This document shows, in pieces, positions 46,726 through 59,033 of a stretch of DNA of 64,000 nucleotides. The DNA is from Callorhinchus milii (Eukaryota). The notes under the pieces are model-generated. The model did not search any database, was not told where the DNA came from, and saw only the letters and a program-made list of their open reading frames with translations. The position numbers and the translations under genes were made by a program. Position 1 is the stretch's first letter; the number at the start of each line of letters is the position of its first letter. The DNA lies in the NCBI RefSeq assembly GCF_018977255.1, contig NW_024704743.1, positions 86,740,001 through 86,804,000 on the forward strand. The letters are read 5' to 3'.

Positions 46726-48741
46726 AATAGAGGATTGTTGGTAAGACACTGGGAAGAACATCCTTCTCTATGTGCTGCAGGTCTGATGTCGTGATTTTGA
46801 CAATAATTCATCACTATATCAATAGTAAAAGTGTGGACTGGAGGAGGTAGTCTCAGGAATAGGGCAATTTACAATTTAGAACTCTAGATACAGCAGAAGC
46901 ATACTAGACTGGGCTCACTCCCTCTGGTCTCTTAAATTTTTAACAGGTTGCTTCTAACATTATTAATAAGTGAATCGCACAGTTAACTATTCAATAACAC
47001 AACTAAGAACCTCCAATATCTGAATGCCCATCCAGCAATGTGAATGAACTTTGGGAGGTGCAGGGCGCTATATAAATACATGTATGTTAGGCTCATGCTC
47101 CAAGGTGAACACGGCTCAGAGCAACAAAATTGAGTCTTTGTTTTTATTTGGCCCTGATTCAAAGCAATGTAGAACAAGAAGTATCAATTCCATTTCACTC
47201 TCCATGTGACTATACTCTGCTCTGAGTAATAAAATCATAGAAATGTACAGTGCAGAAGGAGGCATTCAGCCCATCAAATCCAAACTGTCTCTCGGGAGTG
47301 ATGTAAAGACAGCATGGAAACCTAAATGCTGGAAATCTGTAAAAAAAACTTTGTGAATGCTAACAATCTGTAAGAAGGTTTGGCAACACAGGAAATATCG
47401 GTAGATCAATTAGAAGACCATTAGAGGACCTGCTCCACTACTCATCCTTCCAGAACCTATGTATCTCTTTCAGGTTCAAATCAACCTACTGTGTATTTTT
47501 AGCATTTTCTGTTTTTATTTAGAAACTAGAAGAAAGGACTTACCAAAAAATATAGCTCCTAACAACAACCTGTTATAGAGACATTTCAATTTCAACTAAG
47601 AGTCTACTGTTCACATAAACACAGATTCTGTGATGCTTAGTTCTCTCAAGTGAGAACTACGGAATTCTTCAGCAGAAAATGACAAGTCCACACGGATGTA
47701 CGCCAGTAATTTGAAATACTAAGCTTTAATAGAGATACGTTAAATATTTCATTGAGATTTGGATAAAGAGACCCAAAGAAGTGATTAACTGAATTTGGTT
47801 ATTTTGTATGCTTTCTGAACAGTGTTCTATGCTGTGTAAACAGAGGGAACAGGGTAAAGGAGAGTATCAATGAAGATAAAATAGGCAATTGCATTGATGT
47901 GATTCAGAGCTGATAATATATGCACATGAGTGTATTTATTCATATTAATTTGAGGATATGAGATTTGAATTAAATAATTGCCTGATGGTCTCTGTGGCCA
48001 AGCACAACCATGGCTGTGTAATGAATTCCCACATTTACCAGTACATTATTGCTTAATTAAATGTTACCTTTAGGATTTCTGACCAGGAAAGCAATGTGTG
48101 TTGCTTGTGAAAGACTGAGCCACAATCAATTACTGGGCAACTAATGAATAACCTTCCCTTTAATTTGTTCAGTTCTCTTATTTTCAACCATTTGAATGAT
48201 TGATTCGGGTCTTCTCTGTGATAGAAATGATATTACTGCATAGGATTAGCAATGCAAAGGACAAGATGCTTGAAATTGAAACCTGTTAGTTGCGATGGTC
48301 TGCTGGAAATGAAATTTGTCCATAGATCAGTTAATTCCCATCAAGCAAAATCCATCAGTACTGGTTTGAATACATTGGGAATATTTTTTTTCCTGAGAGT
48401 GTGAATTATGCTTCCTCCCCCCTGATAACACAGGTCCTATTCACCATATATGCTAGGTATGATATATGTGCTAGGTGTGATATTTGGGAAAAAACATTAT
48501 CAACTGCTCATTAGTTACTCAGATCTTGTTCATATTCTAAAAAGAAACATGTATTTCAGAAGAATCTCTTCCAATCTAATTTTCGCATACTTTGCAAATA
48601 GGATCACAACCAGATGAATAATTAGGGGGATGGTGGCAAATCCCACTCCTGTTTGCATGAGTGGATACTAGGCTCTGGCAGTGTAGAGCTCAGTTATGGT
48701 GAGCTCCATTGTCAAAAAGTTCACAGACATTTACAATAATG

Positions 48742-48920
48742 TAATAATAATAATCCTTGCATTTGATATAGTGCTTCATCACGACTTTGAGATGTCTCGA
48801 AACGCTTCGCAGAATATACTGTATAGTGAATTGATTGTATATTTTGTAGGCAAAACTCAACAACCAATTCTGCACAGCAGTGTCCTACAAACAATAATGT
48901 ACTGAGTGACCAAATTCTTT
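48742..48920 (-). mobile_element. SINE 3' half
   Basis: (TAA)n-TCCTTGCATTTGATATAG..GAGTGACCAAAT. Confidence 0.85.
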
Positions 48921-48924
48921 ACGT

Positions 48925-49405
48925 GGGATTTGAAAGGGGGAGGGAGGGGGCAAGGCGGAGGGATTGAGGGAGAGAGTTCCAGAGTTTTAGGGAGTAGTGG
49001 CTGAGGGTGGACGGAGGGGACTAGGAACAAACAGGAGGCCGCAGGTGGTGGAGTGGGGGGTGTAAGGAGGTTGGATAGGTAGGGAAGTGCGAGGGCATGA
49101 AGGGATTTGAAAATGAGTGAGAGGATCTTGAAATCGATCCGTTTAGTAATTGGGAACCTGTGGAGCCTGGCATGGATGGGTGTGATGGGGGTACAGAGTT
49201 TTGTGCGGGTTAGTATCTATACAGTGGAGTTTTGAATTAGTTGAATTTTGTGAATAGTGGAGCTGAGGAAACCAGCGAGGAGGGCATTGGAATAGTCCAA
49301 CCGGGAAATGAGGAAGGTGTGGACGAGGCTTTTGCCTGCTTTGGTTGTGAGGTACAGGCAGAGGTGGGTAATGTGATGGAAGTGGACAAGAGTGGTCTTG
49401 ATCAT
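48925..49405 (-). mobile_element. Older L2 ORF2 fragment
   Basis: LVHTFLISRLDYSNALLAGFLSSTIHKIQLIQN. Confidence 0.88.
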
Positions 49406-49419
49406 TTTCTTTGGTCAGT

Positions 49420-49575
49420 GAGTATCTGTCACATGTGAAAACCCATCACCATGCTTAAGGCTATCCAAATCAGGCTGAGAGTTCAATCCATGTGTATCAC
49501 CTATACGTAGAATCCTTCCTGTGCCCAGAATGGAAGATGTACTATCTCCCTGGAGAAACCCTGCTTACCTAATTC
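49420..49575 (+). repeat. Unclassified repeat, copy 4 (5' half)
   Basis: TCTGTCACATGTGAAAACCCATCACCATGCTTAAGGCTATCCAAATCAGGCTGAGAGTTC. Confidence 0.75.
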
Positions 49576-49989
49576 AATGTGTTTATTCTTACGGGGGTCA
49601 ATCTGGCTAGTTTGCGAGTGAAATAAATAAATAATCCCAAACTACTCTATCCCTCACACCCCTCCACTGATATTTTTGTCAAAAGCTATCTAACTGCCTT
49701 TTCGATTTGCTGATGCAATTTACAGTATCTCTTAAAATTGCAATAATCAATGCTTTTAAGTACATGCCTTAACTTTTTCCACTTAGCAAACCTATAATTT
49801 CTCTGCTGTAAGGATGAGTGCTATCCAAGTATTGTTGAGAATGGCTATGTACATCAATAGCTACTAATAAAGACCTACCAACTACAAAAACAAACCAAGT
49901 TACAAAGAATCTTATAATAAGTCCCAATGACATTTCCAACAGTGGTAAAGAAAAACATGAAAAAGCTGAGTACCAGGAGATACAATTTG

Positions 49990-50258
49990 GACCACCAAAT
50001 CAATCCGTCACAGGCACACTCGCCGACACCTCCCTCTTTCAGCCACTACATCCCAAATCTCTGAAACACTCTTTCAATCTCTCCGCCTTAGCCCCTCTCC
50101 TCCCTCTTTCAAGTCTCGCCTGAAGACTTTCCTGTTCGACCGTGCTAATGGCCAGCTCCCACCTCTCCCAGCTCGGAGTCAGGCTCTGCCACTGTTAAGC
50201 ACTCTGAGATGCTACTCTGCGTGGAAGGCGCTATAAAAGTGCAAGTTGTTGTTGTTGA
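49990..50258 (+). mobile_element. Older L2 3' end
   Basis: TTCAAGTCTCGCCTGAAGACTTTCCTGTTCGAC; GGAAGGCGCTATAAAAGTGCAAG(TTG)n. Confidence 0.8.
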
Positions 50259-51134
50259 AAGGTGCAATAAAAATGTACTTTTTTGTCATGTTGTTCATTA
50301 CTAAGTCCAAGTTCTGCACAGAAATACCCTGATCTCCAAAAGTAAACAAATAAAAAAAATGTAATATTCATCCATCTCCACTTTTCAACACTGGTCTGTT
50401 TCCCTCTGTAGACACATTCTCCTCCCCCATCTTCACCCCTGCTCCAACAGCATAAAAAACATTGTGTCCAGGGGGTATTGCTTAAAGCCTTAAGCAAGAT
50501 GAGAGCTTAGAAGATTGTTTCCCCACAGAGCTATATATATGTAGAACAGACTCCAACAAAAGCAGTGATGCAGTGTTAATTAACTCCTTCAAAAAACATT
50601 ATATAATTATTTGGTTGTGAGGAGTATTGGAGGATATCAGGATAGGTACAGACTGAGATGAGCAAATACTCCACGGGACACACGATGATTGCAGTGTTTA
50701 TAGAATGGGGGTGGGGGTAGAGACAAACTGTGGACTGTTCCCGGCGGAGGGAATGGGATCAAGGTTGAATCGTGGGCATGATGCAATGGAAGAACTGAGG
50801 CTAGGGATCAGGAGGTATCTGTGCAGAACTTTCTCCTCGGATGTAGATACTTTGGTGTCAAGTGGGTGTGTGTCCATTTGACCCCAGTGAGTTCTTATTG
50901 CCCTCACAGCAGCTCCTTCCTTTGTATTGTGAACAAGAACCATCTGAATTCAAGGTGATCTCTATCTGAATCCAACATTTAAATGAATCTAATCGCTCAG
51001 CCTACAAAGTTCACAAATTGCAATCAAATACAGCACAGCATGAATTTGATGGAATCCAGATCCATCATTGCAAAGAGTGTGTATAGCAAGGTGGTCGAAT
51101 ATGTTACTGAGTTGGAAATTAAATAACTTTCCAC

Positions 51135-52612
51135 TTCCTCACCATTGACCACTCTATCCTCATCCACCGCCTCTCCTCTCACCTCAACCTTCATGGCTCT
51201 GTCCTTGACTGGTTCAGATCGTATCTCTCACACCACCTGCACTTCATCTCCACAAATGGCTTCTCCTCTAGCCCCCGCACCGTCTCATGCAGCAATCCTC
51301 AGGGCTCTGTCCTTGGTCCCCTCTTCTGCTCCCTCTTGGTAACATCATCCACAGACATGGGGTCAACTTCCACATGTATGCGGATGACACCCAACTCTGC
51401 CTCTCTGCCTCCAGCCTTGACTCCAGGACCACTGCTGTCCTGACTGAATGTCTGTCAGACATCAAGTCCTGGATGAGAGCTCAACTTTCTTCAGTTGAAC
51501 GTCAACAAGACCGAGGCTCTCCTGATTGGCTCCCGTCAGCGCCTCCTCACCTCAGACGCTGACAGCGTCACCATCCATGGATGCACACTCCACCTTACTG
51601 AGCCAGTCCGGAACCTTGGCATCTTGTTTCACTCTCAACTATCCTTTCTACCCCACATCTGTGCCATGACCCGCTCTGCCTTCCCCCACCTCCGCAACAT
51701 CGCCCGGCTCCGCCACTATCTCACAATGCAGGCCACCAAAACCCTCATACATGCTTTCATTACATCGAGGCTTGACTATGAAAACTCATTGCTTGTCGGC
51801 CTCCCCAACTCCTCCCTCCACAGGCTGCAGATCATCAAGAACTCTGCAATCCGTGTTCTCTCCCTCACTAGGATCCGCGACCCTATCACTCCCATCCTTG
51901 CCCAACTCCACTGACTTCCCATCACACAGAGGATACAGTTTAAGAGCCTGGTCCTCACCTTCAAAGCCCTCCATGGTCCTGCTCCCCCCTACCTCTGCAA
52001 CCTCCTAACCCCCTACCATCCTGCTCGCTCCCTCTGCTCAGCAGGCTCTAGCCTGCTTCATGTCCCTCGCCTCACTCACCCCACTATAATAATAATAATA
52101 ATCCTTGCATTTGATACAGTGCTTTTCGCGTCTTCTAGACATCTCAAAGCGCTTCACAGAATATACTGTAAACTGAATTGACTGTACATTCGTGGGCTAA
52201 AGGCGGAGTGACCAAATGTTATTGCTTTTTTTTCTTGAGGGATTATTATCAGGCATATGGAGTAAGCAAACTTGCCCAAGGTTTCGCCCTGCCGGGAATT
52301 GAACCATGGTCTCTCGCTTGCAAGGCTAGTGCTCTACCCACTGAGCTACAGGACTCCACCACTCTGCCTCCCCCCCCCTCTGGAACTCCATCCCGCAGTC
52401 CCTCTGCCTCGCCCCCTCCCTTTCCACCTTCAAGACTTATCTCAAGATTCTCCTCTTCAACCGTGCTTTCAATCTCCCTACTCCCCCCAATGCCCTCCAC
52501 CCTTTCCGAACCCAATCTCCAGCTCGGATCCGTAACTCTGTCTGTCCAGCGCCTTGGGAAGTCCTCCCGACGTGAAAGGCGCTTTACAAATGTAATATTA
52601 TTGTTGTTGCTG
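51135..52612 (+). mobile_element. L2 LINE, longest copy: disrupted reverse transcriptase through the 3' tail
   Basis: WFRSYLS, PQGSVLGP, HMYADDTQL (YADD at 51377-51388), LNVNKTE, VRNLG, TLIHAFITSRLDY; frameshifts present; SINE nested at 52086-52357. Confidence 0.95.
52086..52357 (-). mobile_element. Young SINE nested in L2, internally deleted
   Basis: Intact head and tail; the CTGTTTGTGGGAC..AATTGGCTGC segment is missing. Confidence 0.93.
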
Positions 52613-53308
52613 TAATTCATCAAAGTGGTTATTTTATAGAATTGGGATCAGGCTTGGAAGAAATTAAATACATAATATATAATATATGTATATAAATTAT
52701 ACATAATAAGGCATGTGATATATCAAATGCAAGGGTTATTATCAAATGTATTTTTTTAAAAAATGGAATCTAATTTAAATACCATACACAGGGACTCAAA
52801 TGAAATTAAAAATAAAAGCTATGATTGTTTATAAGCAGCTGTTGATGTGTGAAAAATGACTGACTTCTGCTGGTCTGGCAATATTCAGTGTGCTGAGCAA
52901 TCAAGTACAAATAATTGGAGCTGCATTTTTATGTCCAGTTCAGGATTATATGTTAAGTGCTGGGTCAGAATCCAAAATGTTGCATAAAGGGAATGAATAG
53001 ACAGTGATTTAGTGCACGGAAATTCTACATTTTTTTAAATGCACCCCACCAGTATTTTTCAAATTGTTTGATGTAGCACCCAGATCAGCCATCTTCATTT
53101 TCCAGCGCATGAAGCTGTCAGTGCAGGTTGTCAAGATGCTTTGTCATGCTGACATTCTCTGTCGTTCCTTCACCGGATATTCTCGTATCACTTTGTGAGC
53201 TTAGATTGCTGCAAGATTTATCCTGGAAGATGCTGATTACCAAAATAGGGTCACTGACTAGGTTTCCATTGTCCAATTCCCTCAACACGTGCTTGGCCCA
53301 AATTATCC

Positions 53309-53432
53309 TTGGATTAGATTTATGTATGTGACCCTGTGGTGTATTGTACAGGTATGTGTTCCTCTTATGTATACTTAAGAGGAACATAGCTATACAATGC
53401 ACTCAAGGGACACAAACATAAATCTAATCTAG
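53309..53432. other. ~120-nt near-perfect inverted repeat (hairpin)
   Basis: Arms pair from GGATTAGATTTATGT / ACATAAATCTAATCT inward to TGTTCCTCTTA / TAAGAGGAACA, centred on GTATAC (53369-53374). Confidence 0.9.
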
Positions 53433-53438
53433 AGCTAT

Positions 53439-53513
53439 GTGTGCCTCTGAAGTATACTGGCCGCATATATGTTCTTCTGAAGTATACTGGCCAGGATTTG
53501 TTCCTCTGAAGCA
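53439..53513. repeat. Tandem repeat, ~30-bp unit x2.5
   Basis: TCTGAAGTATACTGGCC at 53446 and 53476, partial third copy at about 53505. Confidence 0.85.
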
Positions 53514-53781
53514 GTCTCTGTCTGTCCCTATGTCTAATATTTGAAATTGGTTGGTTTTGTGGTATCTCTTAATGGATTTCATAATTAGGAAATAAAGGTA
53601 TCTTTTTATTTCTCATAGGAACACTGATCCAAATTTGTTGCCGCTGTTGTATCCAAATCATTGCCGCTGTTTTATAATATGTATCAGTTGCTCCTTGAGA
53701 TGGGTAACCAACATTTATGTGATTAGCCTTCTGGATAATATTTTGTATCTGAAAAATATTTTTATAAGTGTTTGTGTACAT

Positions 53782-54106
53782 GGAGTCCTGTAACTCAGTG
53801 GTTAGAGCACTTGCTTTGCAAGTGAGAGACCTGAGTTCAATTCCAGGCAGAGGGCGAAACCTTGGGCAAGTTTCCTTACTCCACACGCCTAATAATAATC
53901 CCTCCAAAACAAAAACAATAATAAATTGGTCATTTTTAATCTACGACTGTTTGTGGGACATTGCTGTGCGCAATTGGCTGCCGCGTTCGCCCACAAATGT
54001 ACAGTCAATTCACTTTACAGTGTGTTCTGTGAAGCGCTTTGGGACGTCCTCCCGACGTGAAAAGCGCTATATCAAATGCAAGGATTATTATTATTATTAT
54101 TATTAT
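53782..54106 (+). mobile_element. Young SINE, full length (short form, CTCCC loop)
   Basis: A box, TGC anticodon arm, B box GAGTTCAATTCC, L2-type stem-loop at 54033-54068, (TTA)n. Confidence 0.96.
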
Positions 54107-54229
54107 CCAACTCAAACTATTTTCAGAGCGGGGTCCCTCAGGTCAGAGTGATGTGGTTGACAGTATTGGAGGAGTCCCCAATTTTAATAGCACAAATCTT
54201 ACCCCTTAGTTTCAAGGGATTGAAGGTCA

Positions 54230-54490
54230 CAGCACCGAAACAAGCCAACAGTCCATGCTGATGCTTTTACTCAACATAGTCTCTACCCCTAGCCCTCCAT
54301 CCTAGCACTCCATCCCTAGCCCTCTCCTGCACCTCTCTATTTCCTTCTGCTTCTTGAATATATCTAGTTTCCTCTAAATATGCATTGATAATTTCTGCTT
54401 TAACCACAGCTTCTGGCAGTGAGTTCCATATTCTTAACACCATCTTTGTGAAGAAGTTCATCCTAAACTACTTTTTAGATCTGCTACTGT
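54230..54490 (-). mobile_element. CR1 3' fragment
   Basis: MNFFTKMVLRIWNSLPEAVVKAE. Confidence 0.82.
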
Positions 54491-55435
54491 CTGTAATAGA
54501 TTGATATCAAGACAAAGGAATACCTTCATGTGATTATGTAATCCGATTGACTTGTGACCCTGATTGAACTGCTCCACTCAATTCTACAGTCCATCAGATT
54601 CAGATTCTGCACTATTTTGGGATGGGTTAATGCATTCCTCTTCCGAAAGGGATGCTGTCTGAGTAAAGTGCTTCATACTCGGTCCACAACAGTCTCCTTT
54701 GCAAGTTTTGAGCAAAACGTCAAGCAACGTTTGCAGATTTATGGCCGTCTTCACTGAGACCTTATCATTTCAAAACAAGTCCCAGTTTTCTTTCTCTGTC
54801 TTTTTCTTCCTTCCACACACTCCTTCCTCGCACTGATCCCAGCTGAAGCATTGCCATGTGATAAGGTAAAGGGATCTGGACAGTGAATGTCCGTGTGTAT
54901 CGAGTCAGTGCTGAAGACACTTCCTAATGAAGTTAGTTATTTGTTGTTTTGGGGTGAAAATTACAGTATAATCTCTACGAAAAGCACTCACCTACTGATC
55001 AATAACTCAGTATCATTAATGGAACAATACATAAATAATAATCCTTGCATTTGATGTAGTACCTATAATGAAACGTCTCAAAGTGCCTCACAGGGACAGT
55101 AATGCTGTCAAATGAATACAGTGTATTTTACATGCTTTACATTCTTTAATATGTCCACATACTATGTGTTTTCTTTAATAACTAACATTTGAGAATGTTA
55201 CAAATCAGATTTGGTGTGTCGTGACGCTGTCTATGGTATGACAATTCCCAGACTTTCTTTAACCACATGTGTAATTACAGTCTTGTTGATACATGTCACC
55301 TTCACCACCCCACTGATATCCATTTTTTTTTCATTTCACTCGAGACACCACATTTGTCCTTATCTCCTTATCCATCCTTTCACAAACCTCTGATTGTTCT
55401 GTTAGAAATGTCTTCTCTCATATCAGTCTCTGTTT

Positions 55436-55462
55436 TCTCTCTCTCTCTCTCTCTTTCTCTCC
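55436..55462. repeat. (CT)n microsatellite
   Basis: Read directly. Confidence 0.85.
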
Positions 55463-56254
55463 TCACAAACCAACTCCGATACCAAACAGCCTCCTGCCTC
55501 GTGAATCTTGAATTGTTTCTCATTTAAATGAACAGTTGGATTCCTTTATTTCTTACAGTACTGGATTTGCCTTATCACTCTCATCCCTTTGGGGGGATGC
55601 CAATTGGTTTTATCCATGGATGTATCATTTCTTATGCTTCCTCTTAGAAAAAAGGAACCACTTCATCAACAAACCTCTCTGGAGCAGAAGATTAAAAACC
55701 TAGACATCACCTTCCTTACAGCATTGCTCCCAACTGGTTTCTGTAAAACTCAATTAAACTTTTCCCCATTGAATTTCGCATTACATTAAACCAAACAGAA
55801 ATCCTTCAAGCGTGATGACATGGCTGAGATCCCTCCATCATACCTGCTTTTTATGGCTTTAGACTATATCTTACATGTTTCCAATAGAATCTCTGAGGCA
55901 GAGGCGGGGGTGGGGGGGAGTGAGGGGGAGGGAAAGGGTGGAGGGAGGAATACTGAGCTACCTCATCGGCAGCCACTTATACACACATGTAAAGCCTGTG
56001 AGAGCAGAATGAGCTCTGTAACTCAGGTGTGTGTTCAGGTCTCTTTGTAAGTTTGGAAGCCAAAAGCTCTTTTTAAAAAATAACTAAAATGGGCAGTCAA
56101 ATTTTATAGCAAATATCTCTCTATGGTTATTTATTTTTCCTTTGTGTAATAAAAGCCCCAACGGGCATACACTGATACATTCCACGTTGCCACATCTTGC
56201 GCTACATGATTTTATTTTTGACAAGCCAACGACAGTGAATGAAAGCAAAAGGCA

Positions 56255-56450
56255 AGGAGACAAGGTTCAGAGCTGTGAAAGGTAATATTAGGGCAGGCAC
56301 CAGAAATGTTATTTACACAGGGCGCAATCCCACCTGGAATGTTTTACCAGGAAGGGTGGTAGAGGTCAGGATAATGTATTCATTTATGAAACAGCTTGAA
56401 GCTGGAATGGAAAGACATTAGGGTGTATACTCCAGAAGCGTGAGATGAAA
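56255..56450 (+). mobile_element. Old CR1 fragment
   Basis: RFRAVKGNIRAGTRN..TWNVLPGRVVE. Confidence 0.7.
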
Positions 56451-56460
56451 CAGATTTTTT

Positions 56461-56522
56461 TGTCTGAAACATGCGGAAACCCATCACCATGCTTGAGGGT
56501 AGCCAAATCAGACTGAGATCAA
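56461..56522 (+). repeat. Unclassified repeat, copy 5 (5' end), apparently inside the CR1 3' UTR
   Basis: TGTCTGAAACATGCGGAAACCCATCACCATGCTTGAGGGTAGCCAAATCAGACTGAGA; the CR1 tail AATGGACTGAAGGGGCTTCTTCATC resumes after it. Confidence 0.7.
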
Positions 56523-56988
56523 ATGGACTGAAGGGGCTTCTTCATCTAGGGAAACAATCTTAATTGGATCATTTTAAAAAACATGATACAGGGGCAAAGT
56601 TGAGCTTTTGCTGCAGAAGCTTCACATGGGCTTAGATTCAAAGGAATCCAGAAAGATGTCGGAATAGCGCGGGTCCCTGCCGAGAAAAGGGAACAAAAGG
56701 ATAAAAGACCACGTTAATGATGCGATGATCCACTGTGAACCGGAAATGGATGTGCGTGGCAGAAAGTGACAGACAGGTGATATGGTAAATGACACATAGC
56801 AGAAAACCTGACATTGCTCACATTGTTTCAGCTAACACTGGCCTGGTTCATGTCCTCTGCTTGATCTGTTTACCATCACTAAGCGAGCTTCCAGCCACTG
56901 TGTCCCCACTCTCTGGAACTCCCTCAAAACCTTTAAAGCTTGCCTTCAGACCCATCTTTTTACAACATCTTCCTCCCAGCCTGGACCT

Positions 56989-57027
<39 letters not shown>

Positions 57028-57325
57028 CCTTGCATTTGATATAGCGCTTTTCACGTCTTCTAGACGTCTCAAAGAGCTTCACAGAATATACCGTAAAATG
57101 AATTGACTGCATATAATGTGGGCGAAACGCAGCAGCCAATTGCGCACAGCAATGTCGTACACACAGTCATGGATTGAAGTGACTAATATATTATTGTTTT
57201 GTTTTTGAGGGATTATTATTAGGCGTGTGGCGTAAGAAAACTTGTCCAAGGTTTCACCCTGCCGGGATCAAACCCAGGTCTCTGCTTGCAAAGCGAATGC
57301 TCTAATCACTGAGCTACAGGACTCC
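56989..57325 (-). mobile_element. Young SINE, full length (TAGAA loop), nested in a degraded L2 (about 56840-57420)
   Basis: Long (TAA)n tail; head ends ...GAGCTACAGGACTCC. Confidence 0.95.
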
Positions 57326-58221
57326 ACCTCCCCCCCGGTCAGGTACCCAGTAGTCAGCTATGTGACACACTTTGAAATGTCCTCCCATGAAAAAGGCACC
57401 ATATACTTGTAAATTATTGTTTCCTGGCCTGGTTCTAGCTCCCACTTAGTGACCTGTCCCTTCTTGGGGGGATTATGAGCAAAGAGGATGCCTGGCTATC
57501 TTTTGATCACATTTCAGTCACCTTTCCCCTCCTCATCCCCTGGGCTCCCACTGCCAGCTCAGGTGTCCAGCTGACATTGTTAAGCATTTTTGGGTGTCTT
57601 CACAATGTAAAAGCGCAGTATAAATACAAATTGTACTGTATTCTGCTGCAAGACCTGTGAGAATCAGTCACTGTTAGAGAGGTCAGACACTGGGCACTTA
57701 AAACCCATTTCTGGAGAGTTTTCCACATCCACAATTTCTCAGATTTGGATTGAAAAACCTTGGAAACCCAGTTTTGCAGCAATTACGCTGCCTACAACTT
57801 CCGTATAGTATTAGGACTGAGAAAGAACACAGACGTGCTGAAAGAAACTGGGAGAGCTAATATCAAACTCTTGAAACTCCCTAAATATTTGTGGCATATC
57901 ATAATCTTTAATTTCTCATTTTTATCCCTTATCCAACTACCCTATTCATCTATCCCATGATATCATTCCTCCTGAACTCCCTGTCCCTCTAAGGTTCGGG
58001 CTACTCCTTGTCTCAACCATTTCCTTGCCAACATTTCAAATGCAAAACTGTACAATCCTGAGGGAACAGAAGGCCCCTTATAATTAGGGAAGCATGAAGA
58101 GTTCTGAAGTTGAAGGCCGGGAAAAAACTAGAAACAGCAGATCCAGCAATTATAGAAAACAAAATCTGGAAGTCCCTTCTCTCACTAAACTGAGAATAGA
58201 TGATGCCCTGCTCAGTTACAG

Positions 58222-58746
58222 TGCAACCTAGTTTGACTATGTTAACTCCCTGCTCACCAGACTTCCCAACTTTTCCTTCCACAAGCTGCAGATTATTCAG
58301 AACTCTGCAGCTTGTGTTCATTCCTGCATGAAGCTCCATGAGTCAATCACCCCCATCCTCGCCCAGTTTCACTGGCTCCCCATCCATCAAAGGATCAAGT
58401 TTTTAAGATCCTCATACTCACTTTAAAACCCTCCACTGTTTCTCTGCCCTGCCTCTGCGGAATGCTAAAACTTTACCAACCTCTGGCTACCTCTGCTCAG
58501 CGGGCCTTCAGCCTTTCTGCCCCCACCCTCTGGAACTCTATCCCACAGTACCTTTGTTTTGCCCTCTTCAAGGCCTTCTCTCTCAAGACCTTCCTCTTTG
58601 ACAATACTTTTGGACATCCTCCCACCCCCCTTGGTACCACCCTTATTGATTCCAACTGGCAGCTCATGTGCAAACCTTGACTGTCCAGGCCCTGGAACAT
58701 CCCCCTGATGTGAAAAATGCGATGTAAACACAATTTGTTGTTGTTT
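58222..58746 (+). mobile_element. Older L2 3' fragment
   Basis: DYVNSLLTRLP..LQIIQNSAA; RAFSLSAPTLWNSIP; (TTG)n tail. Confidence 0.88.
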
Positions 58747-59033
58747 TCTGTGTACTAATCTGTATTGCTTTTTGAATTGCTCTGCACCAGAGTATCACGT
58801 GCAAAACACCACGAATATATATATGCATAAACACATTGGTGTCTCATAAAAATAACTCATAGTGATGTTTAGCTCTAAAACAGTATTTTAGAATGTAAAG
58901 CAGTAAAATTGATTTGTAGTGAAAGATAGCTAGGCCGGGCAAAATTTCAATGTATCTGGAGTTTAACTATTTTGGGAACCAATAGACTGATCGAGGGAAC
59001 ACAATACATGAATTTAACTTATAATTGCTGCAT

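Noticed and set aside
53118..53402. 94-aa minus-strand ORF as a possible exon
   Set aside because: Weak acceptor, overlaps the hairpin, no recognisable domain.
53385..53406. let-7-like words (CTATACAA) in the hairpin arm
   Set aside because: Lacks the let-7 seed GAGGTAG; only a short coincidental match.
53439..53513. CRISPR-like repeat-spacer pattern
   Set aside because: Only 2.5 units, spacers about 13 nt and similar to each other, vertebrate context, no cas genes.
53782..53855. tRNA-Ala(TGC) gene-like sequence, also in the other SINE heads
   Set aside because: The acceptor stem does not close, and the sequence continues into the SINE body and tail.
53768..54151. Recurring ORF family [24 protein letters not shown]
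   Set aside because: Translation of the non-coding SINE.
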